A DNA stretch of 64,000 nt from Candidatus Alectryobacillus sp. (GTDB lineage Bacteria > Bacillota_I > Bacilli_A > RFN20 > CAG-826). The stretch covers positions 1,095 through 65,094 of the forward strand of contig DAINNH010000002.1 in NCBI GenBank assembly GCA_036735985.1. Reading direction: 5' to 3'. Below, piece by piece: positions 58,494 to 64,000 of this stretch (position 1 is its first letter; every line of letters starts with the position of its first letter). The notes beneath the pieces were generated by a model. That model searched no databases and was not told the origin of the DNA. It saw only the letters and a list, made by a program, of their open reading frames with translations. The translations under genes and the position numbers were made by a program.

Positions 58494-59663
58494 TTAGTCG
58501 CCTATTTTTTCGTTATTTTCTCTTTCGTTGTTTTTAAATTCAACATTGCCCATATTAGGCTCATTGTTTTGATCAATTTTAAAACAATCTAAATTATTTT
58601 TAAGCAAATATAGAACCAACATAATTACAATATTAACAATAATGCCAACTATTCCTACAAGTCTTAAATGTTCATTAACAATATTGTTATAAAAAACCAA
58701 ATATATTGATTCAAAAATAATAAGTGTTGCTGCTAATGAAAGCATAGAGATTATTAAGTTGAAAGAATAAACATTTTTCTTCTCTTTAATATTTGTTCTA
58801 ATAACCTTAAAAACAAAAATACTTGTTAAAACGAATAATGCTATACCAAGTAAAATAATTACGATACTAAAGCCACATAGAAGACCATTGTTTTCTCTTA
58901 AAGCAAGCGCTAGAGACCCAAACAAACTTATATAGTATTTTTGGTTTCCACTGCCATAAGCAAAGACACTTTCGCCTAATGCATTTAAAATAGTGCTCAT
59001 AACGAAAAACATTGCAATGTCTATGAATTTTCGATTCTTCTTACTGCTTTTAGGTTCAAAACAGTTAATAACAATAACACTAACAAATAATAAAGTAGTT
59101 CCAAATATTTGAATAATCGCTTCACCAAAACCACTCGATAAACCTTTAGAAGGTACTAAGGTTGTTTTCAATAATGAAGTGGCTAATATATTAGAAAACA
59201 GCACAATAATTAAATACATCGGATTAAGAGTAACGACCTTATTTTCAATATCATGTTGCTTTACGCATTCTTTAATTCCTAGGTAAGAAAAGAAGAATGT
59301 TACAGAAATGTTTGCTATAACGACAATTAGATTAAAAACAACAATAAAATAGTTTATAAAACTGCCTTGAGGATCACCCCAAGCCAATAAAATGTAATAA
59401 AAAGAAAACCCGAAGAAATCGGCTTCGGTATCAATAGATACATATTTTGTTAAACAAAAAATTAAAGTTGAGATGAAAAAAAGTTCATACAAATAATTAA
59501 AAGTACGAATGGCATCTATTCTGTTTTTATTACGTTTATTTTCTTTATTTAATGAAGCATCGTTTGTGTTATTTTGCGGTTTTGTATCGAATGAAGATCC
59601 ACAAAATATACAAAAAGAAGCATCATCGGCGTTCTCTCGCCCACAATTACTGCACTTTTTCAT
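58494..59663 (-). CDS. Zinc-ribbon (CxxC...CxxC) N-terminal domain protein with about 8 transmembrane helices
   Basis: N-terminus MKKCSNCGRENADDASFCIFCG, then a polytopic hydrophobic body. Confidence 0.55.
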   Translation of the reverse strand: MKKCSNCGRENADDASFCIFCGSSFDTKPQNNTNDASLNKENKRNKNRIDAIRTFNYLYELFFISTLIFCLTKYVSIDTEADFFGFSFYYILLAWGDPQGSFINYFIVVFNLIVVIANISVTFFFSYLGIKECVKQHDIENKVVTLNPMYLIIVLFSNILATSLLKTTLVPSKGLSSGFGEAIIQIFGTTLLFVSVIVINCFEPKSSKKNRKFIDIAMFFVMSTILNALGESVFAYGSGNQKYYISLFGSLALALRENNGLLCGFSIVIILLGIALFVLTSIFVFKVIRTNIKEKKNVYSFNLIISMLSLAATLIIFESIYLVFYNNIVNEHLRLVGIVGIIVNIVIMLVLYLLKNNLDCFKIDQNNEPNMGNVEFKNNERENNEKIGD

Positions 59664-60456
59664 CTGCTTTTTTCTCTTTTAAATCTTCAACAACGATATA
59701 TTTTCCAAAATTGCGCATTAAGGCAACATAAAGAATCAAAATTGTATATGTCCCGATTAGAATTTCAATGCTTGTTGCTATAACTTGTGAGGCAAATAAA
59801 AATAAGTAATCAACTTCAAACATCACAGATTTAATAATAACTCCTAAGCCTAACTGTGTTAAAGCAAATGTAATTAAGACAATTGAAGAAATATTATTAA
59901 GTAAAACTTTATTTTTTTCTTCCTTTATCGTTTTACTTATTAAAAAATATACGAAAAAATATATTATTGAAACCAATAAAGGACCAATAATTAATCCAAC
60001 TTTAAGGGCTCCATTTAAGTTATATGTTTTCCCATATAAAATTAATTTGTCATTTAATGAAAAGAAAGTAATAACAAAAATATTAATGAATAGCAAAGAT
60101 ATTAATTGGACAATAGGAAATTTAATCTTTTTATTTAATCTAAAAAGGTAAACAAAACTTCCACCTAATACACCATAAGCCAAGTACGTTAACGAGAGCA
60201 AAGGATTATAGGCAAAACCTGTGGTATCAAACATAAAATATCCTAAAAGATCACTTAAAAATCCAATTATTCCGCCATAAATTGGCCCAAGTAAAATGCC
60301 TGAAAACGTTACCATCGTTGGACCTAAAGAGATACGAATAAATGGTAAAGAAGCAATATTTTGAATGGATAATAATTTCGTCAAAATAATAGTAAAAGCA
60401 CAAAAGAGTGCTGATAATGAAATTTTAGCGATAATATTAAATTTAAACTTTGGCAT
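59647..60456 (-). CDS. Polytopic membrane protein, possibly an ECF-type vitamin (folate-family?) substrate-capture component
   Basis: About 7 transmembrane helices, located immediately upstream of folC. Assignment is by context only. Confidence 0.3.
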   Translation of the reverse strand: MPKFKFNIIAKISLSALFCAFTIILTKLLSIQNIASLPFIRISLGPTMVTFSGILLGPIYGGIIGFLSDLLGYFMFDTTGFAYNPLLSLTYLAYGVLGGSFVYLFRLNKKIKFPIVQLISLLFINIFVITFFSLNDKLILYGKTYNLNGALKVGLIIGPLLVSIIYFFVYFLISKTIKEEKNKVLLNNISSIVLITFALTQLGLGVIIKSVMFEVDYLFLFASQVIATSIEILIGTYTILILYVALMRNFGKYIVVEDLKEKKADEKVQ

Positions 60457-60466
60457 ATAGATAAGT

Positions 60467-61720
60467 TTATTTAACTAAACCCTCTTTTTTTAGACGACTA
60501 ATAAATAAATTAGCAAAATATAAAGAGCCAGTAACTAGAATAATATTACTTTCATTATTATTTAGTAAAGTTAAAAATCCTTCGTAATAATCGTCAAAGA
60601 AATCATATTCAGCGATAAATAATTCAAATTCTTCTTTACTGCGAGCACGTGGGTGATCAAAAGTTGTTAAATGAATTTTATCAACATGGCCACCTAATAA
60701 TGCTAACATTTTTTCAATATTTTTATCTCTAAAGACACCAATTAGAGCTTCAACTTTGAGTGAACCCTTAATGTAATCAATCGCTTTTGTTAAATTAAGA
60801 AAAGCATCGGGATTATGTGCACCATCAACAATAACATACTTGTTATTAATCGTAAAATTAGTAAATCTACCACTTAATTGTTCACAAAATAAGCCCACTT
60901 TAAGATCTTCTTCACTAACCTTAAAAGTATTGCCTAAATCAATAGTGGCTTCAATGGCACAAGCTACATTACTACGTTGTGTGATACAGTTTGTGTTAAC
61001 TAAAATATCACCGTATGGATAATAGCCAACAAACAATTTACCTTTATTTGAAATTCCATAACGATAAAATTCATTAACATAATGAATCTCAGCTTTATTA
61101 GATTTAGCTACTTCTTCAATTGCAAATTTCGAATCATCATCGACAATATTGACTAAGACTTTACATCCTTCTTTGATAATTCCGGCTTTGGTATAAGCAA
61201 TTTCACTAATGGATTTGCCTAAAATATCTGAATGCTCCAAACTAACGTTATTGATAATAGCTAAAAGAGGGGCTTCATCTATATTAGTGGCATCATATTC
61301 GCCACCCATCCCAACTTCAATAATAGCCAAATCAATATTTGATTCATTGAAATATTCAAACATACAATATGTCAAAACTTCAAAGGCACTTAATCCAAAT
61401 TTATTGATTTCTTTAGCATGTTTTGAGTAAATGCTCTGCAAATCCTCATTATTTATCTCTTTATTATTGATTAAAATACATTCATTAATTCTCTCAAAAT
61501 GCGGAGAAGTAAATAATCCAACATTATATTTGGCCGCTTGATAAATATTATTAAGATAATTTGCAACACTACCTTTGCCATTTGTTCCCGTAATATGGAT
61601 AAATGGTTTCTTAAAAGTAAATTTAATTTTATCTAAAAACGTTAAAAAATCATAATTATCATATCGGGATTCATTATGTTGATCAATATAGTCAAAAACA
61701 TTCTCAATTTCTTTACTCAT
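60467..61720 (-). CDS. folC: Folylpolyglutamate synthase / dihydrofolate synthase
   Basis: Mur-ligase P-loop HITGTNGKGS. The start is taken at MSKEIEN (61720). Confidence 0.85.
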   Translation of the reverse strand: MSKEIENVFDYIDQHNESRYDNYDFLTFLDKIKFTFKKPFIHITGTNGKGSVANYLNNIYQAAKYNVGLFTSPHFERINECILINNKEINNEDLQSIYSKHAKEINKFGLSAFEVLTYCMFEYFNESNIDLAIIEVGMGGEYDATNIDEAPLLAIINNVSLEHSDILGKSISEIAYTKAGIIKEGCKVLVNIVDDDSKFAIEEVAKSNKAEIHYVNEFYRYGISNKGKLFVGYYPYGDILVNTNCITQRSNVACAIEATIDLGNTFKVSEEDLKVGLFCEQLSGRFTNFTINNKYVIVDGAHNPDAFLNLTKAIDYIKGSLKVEALIGVFRDKNIEKMLALLGGHVDKIHLTTFDHPRARSKEEFELFIAEYDFFDDYYEGFLTLLNNNESNIILVTGSLYFANLFISRLKKEGLVK

Positions 61721-62180
61721 TGTTCTTCTCCTTACGGGCTTTGTCCATTTCATCTTTATGATCTTTTTCTTTCATATCTTCACGTTTATCATAAAGTTTT
61801 TTACCTTTTCCTAAAGCGATTTCAACTTTAGCTAAACCATCTTTAAAATAAACTTTTGTAGGAACAATGGTATAACCTTCCACTTTTACTTTAGTTTGAA
61901 GTTTAATTATTTCCTTTTTGTGGAGTAATAATTTTTTCGTTCGTAATGGATCTTTATTAAAAATATTGCCTTCTTTATAAGGAGCAATATTCATATTAAG
62001 AATAAAAGCTTCATTATTTTTAAAAATAACGTAGGAATCATTAAGGCCACAACCATTTACTCTTAGCGATTTGATCTCAGTTCCATAGAGTTCGAGACCA
62101 CATTCTAAAAAATCACTTAAAAAATAATTAATGTGTGCTTTTTTATTATTGGTAATAATCTTAATTCCTACTTCTTTCAT
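61713..62180 (-). CDS. smpB: SsrA-binding protein
   Basis: ITNNKKAHINYFL...YGTEIKSLR, C-terminal basic tail. Confidence 0.9.
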   Translation of the reverse strand: MKEVGIKIITNNKKAHINYFLSDFLECGLELYGTEIKSLRVNGCGLNDSYVIFKNNEAFILNMNIAPYKEGNIFNKDPLRTKKLLLHKKEIIKLQTKVKVEGYTIVPTKVYFKDGLAKVEIALGKGKKLYDKREDMKEKDHKDEMDKARKEKNNE

Positions 62181-62236
62181 ACTTGTAATATTATATATTA
62201 AATTGCTATTTAATTAATGAAAAAAAGATACAAATA

Positions 62237-62266
62237 AAATCGGCTATTCCCAAAAATAGCCGATTT
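62237..62266 (-). terminator. Terminator (ATCGGCTATT-loop-AATAGCCGAT plus T-run) downstream of dfx
   Basis: 12-bp stem including flanking A-T pairs. Confidence 0.7.
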
Positions 62267-62348
62267 GTATGTTTTTATTAATAAAAATTCTCAATAATAA
62301 AAGATATGCAGAGTTTTAAAAATATTATTAATCCGCAACTTCTGAATA

Positions 62349-62726
62349 TTATTTAGATTGCCAGAGAGAATGAAGGTTGCAGTAGGCAAAAGCATGAAGA
62401 ACTTTTTCACCTTCACCAATAAAGAATATTGCTTCTGGTTTTTCGCCTGGTTTTAATTCTTTACGTTGATTGCCTTTATTTGTTTCAAGTAAAATCCATT
62501 GAATAAAATGTTCAGGTAACATTGGATGATCAACACTACCTACATGGACTGTTACCTTTGTTCCCTCTATTTTCACAAGTGGAACATGCTTCTCTTGTGA
62601 AGCATCAACTGTATTTGGTTTAATTTGTTCCATTTCTTTGCCACAACAAATAAGTGGGGAACCTGTATCATGAACTTTAATAATAATTTGACCACATAAA
62701 CTACATCTAAAGAATTTTAATTCCAT
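62349..62726 (-). CDS. dfx: Desulfoferrodoxin (two-domain superoxide reductase)
   Basis: N-terminal desulforedoxin-type CSLCG...CCG and a C-terminal superoxide reductase domain (EKHVP...HPM..EH.IQWI...C..H). Confidence 0.85.
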   Translation of the reverse strand: MELKFFRCSLCGQIIIKVHDTGSPLICCGKEMEQIKPNTVDASQEKHVPLVKIEGTKVTVHVGSVDHPMLPEHFIQWILLETNKGNQRKELKPGEKPEAIFFIGEGEKVLHAFAYCNLHSLWQSK

Positions 62727-62797
62727 AATTATCTCCTTTTGAGAATTATCTCTAATATTATTGTATCTAATATAATAGTAAAATCAAAAATATTGCT

Positions 62798-64000
62798 CTA
62801 AATTTCACTGCGAACACCATTAACATATTTGTATTCAACCATGGTCGAACCACTACTATAGTACCAGCAATAATATGTGCCTGTTGTTGGAATTGTCCAG
62901 TTAAGTTTATCATTTCCTGAAGTTTCATCTCGATAATAATGAATTGTATAATCAGTGCCATTTATAAATGTACTAGAAACACCCGATTGTGTTTTATCGG
63001 TATAAGTTTTACGGCTAAAAGCAACATAAACATTCTTCACGTACGAACTATAAAAAGAATTAGTATTTGCAGTCGTCAAACTATTAGGTAAAAATATTGT
63101 AGAAATTTTCTTGCATCCAAAAAATGCATCCTTATAAATAGATGTTAAGTGTCCACGATCATTTTCAACATCATCTTTATTTTCAGTTCCGTAAAACTTT
63201 AAAACGCCACTACTTGTATCCGAATTGAAGTTTTCTAATGCATAGCAATTATAAAAGTCGTTTTTATCAATTTCGACAAGTGAATTTGGGAAATCAAATC
63301 TTTTTAGCACTCGATTATCATAAAATGCGTTGCCGTTTTGACTATTGGCTGCTCCTATTTTTGTTAATGAAGAAGTCGTTTTATTCATTAAAACGCTTTC
63401 TAATTTAGACATTTCAAGATTGTTGCCACCAGATCCTGTCCCACCTTGGAAGGAATATGATTCAATTAACTCCACGCTATCAGGAACATTTAAAGTTACA
63501 AGATTGTAAGTCCATTTAGCACAAGCACGACTTAATGTTTTTGTGCCACTCAAAACATTTAAAGTGCCAGCCAAAGAAAGTGGTACGACCAATAAATTAT
63601 AGTTATATGTTTGGTCAGTAGTAGCCGTCATATTATATAAACAACCATTCGTTGCATAATATGATGACACAGATGGGTCAGGCAAAGTTTGACCAGTTTG
63701 AGGTTGGAAAGAAATATCAGTTAAATTTCGGTTACTCATAAAAACATGTTGGAAGCCAATATATTCCGAAGCATAATATGTTAAAACAACACTTGATAAA
63801 CCAGAATCATAAAAAGCCCCACGTCCGATGTAATTGCATGACGTTGGAAAATAACATGTTCCTCCAGCTGTAATGGTACCTGTTCCAAAATATGTTAAAT
63901 GAAAACAAACCCAAAACGCCAATTCAGCAATTTTTGTGATTGAATTACCAACTTTAACACCAACAATTTTGGTTCCAGCAGCAAACATTCCACCTATAAG
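62798..64000 (-). CDS. Surface protein with BspA-type leucine-rich repeats (LRR_5), partial; N-terminus beyond the window
   Basis: Repeated F..C..L..I.LP.S(L/V)..I...AF pattern. The frame is open to the window edge. Confidence 0.55.
   Translation of the reverse strand, partial: LIGGMFAAGTKIVGVKVGNSITKIAELAFWVCFHLTYFGTGTITAGGTCYFPTSCNYIGRGAFYDSGLSSVVLTYYASEYIGFQHVFMSNRNLTDISFQPQTGQTLPDPSVSSYYATNGCLYNMTATTDQTYNYNLLVVPLSLAGTLNVLSGTKTLSRACAKWTYNLVTLNVPDSVELIESYSFQGGTGSGGNNLEMSKLESVLMNKTTSSLTKIGAANSQNGNAFYDNRVLKRFDFPNSLVEIDKNDFYNCYALENFNSDTSSGVLKFYGTENKDDVENDRGHLTSIYKDAFFGCKKISTIFLPNSLTTANTNSFYSSYVKNVYVAFSRKTYTDKTQSGVSSTFINGTDYTIHYYRDETSGNDKLNWTIPTTGTYYCWYYSSGSTMVEYKYVNGVRSEI

Noticed and set aside
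62181-62348. tmRNA (ssrA) next to smpB
   Set aside because: No GGGG...tRNA-like 5' end or T-arm/CCA 3' module was found. The region holds only the dfx terminator hairpin and the AT-rich smpB promoter.
1-64000. Mycoplasma/Spiroplasma genetic code (UGA=Trp)
   Set aside because: Long conserved genes (argS, gltX, rny, recA, mnmG, sufB and others) are full-length under the standard code. TGA also serves as a stop, for example at the ABC gene 12763-12765 overlapping the next ATG. This is consistent with Acholeplasma-type or Firmicute standard code.
1-64000. Mobile elements, prophage, CRISPR arrays, restriction-modification or toxin-antitoxin modules
   Set aside because: No transposase, integrase, recombinase, Cas, methyltransferase or endonuclease motifs were found. 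No arrays of direct repeats with spacers were found. Intergenic regions are short and are explained by promoters and terminators.

Overview
The window is a dense chromosomal core region from an organism with about 30% GC that uses the standard genetic code. Genes are full length under translation table 11, and TGA is used as a stop. The gene content looks like a wall-less, Mollicutes-like Firmicute (Acholeplasma/Anaeroplasma-like) or an Erysipelotrichia relative. It has many lipoproteins with an L-T-S-C lipobox, a homologue of the Acholeplasma glucosyl-diacylglycerol synthase, the non-mevalonate isoprenoid (MEP) pathway enzyme IspF, a SUF iron-sulfur assembly operon (sufCDSUB), formate-tetrahydrofolate ligase (Fhs), and the anaerobe markers desulfoferrodoxin and ferredoxin. 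About 60 protein genes are supportable. Most are housekeeping genes in long minus-strand operons, with striking conservation of Bacillus subtilis gene order: pgsA-cinA-recA-rny-ymdB-miaB-ymcA; ispF-gltX; ywiB-argS; gpsB-rnpB; mnmG-rsmG-parA-parB; dnaD-nth; recU; sufCDSUB. One RNA gene is clear and is missed by the ORF track: the RNase P RNA (rnpB, B-type) on the minus strand at about 24107-24461. A 59-aa ferredoxin gene is also missed by the ORF track because it is under 60 aa. I found no transposase, integrase, phage gene, CRISPR array, restriction-modification or other recognisable defence module. The most unusual observations are: (i) the ribosome-binding sites of both tandem MacB-like fused ABC genes sit inside hairpins, and one of these hairpins is also the upstream terminator, next to a cold-shock gene; (ii) a single ORF fuses PgsA to the CinA C-terminal domain; (iii) a half-length CCA/poly(A)-polymerase head-domain protein whose annotated start lies inside the hup terminator; (iv) at least two promoters that look leaderless; (v) a perfect 23-bp palindrome and two further inverted repeats in promoter regions; (vi) large surface proteins with internal repeats. 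All functional calls rest on by-eye motif and homology recognition, and start codons are approximate.
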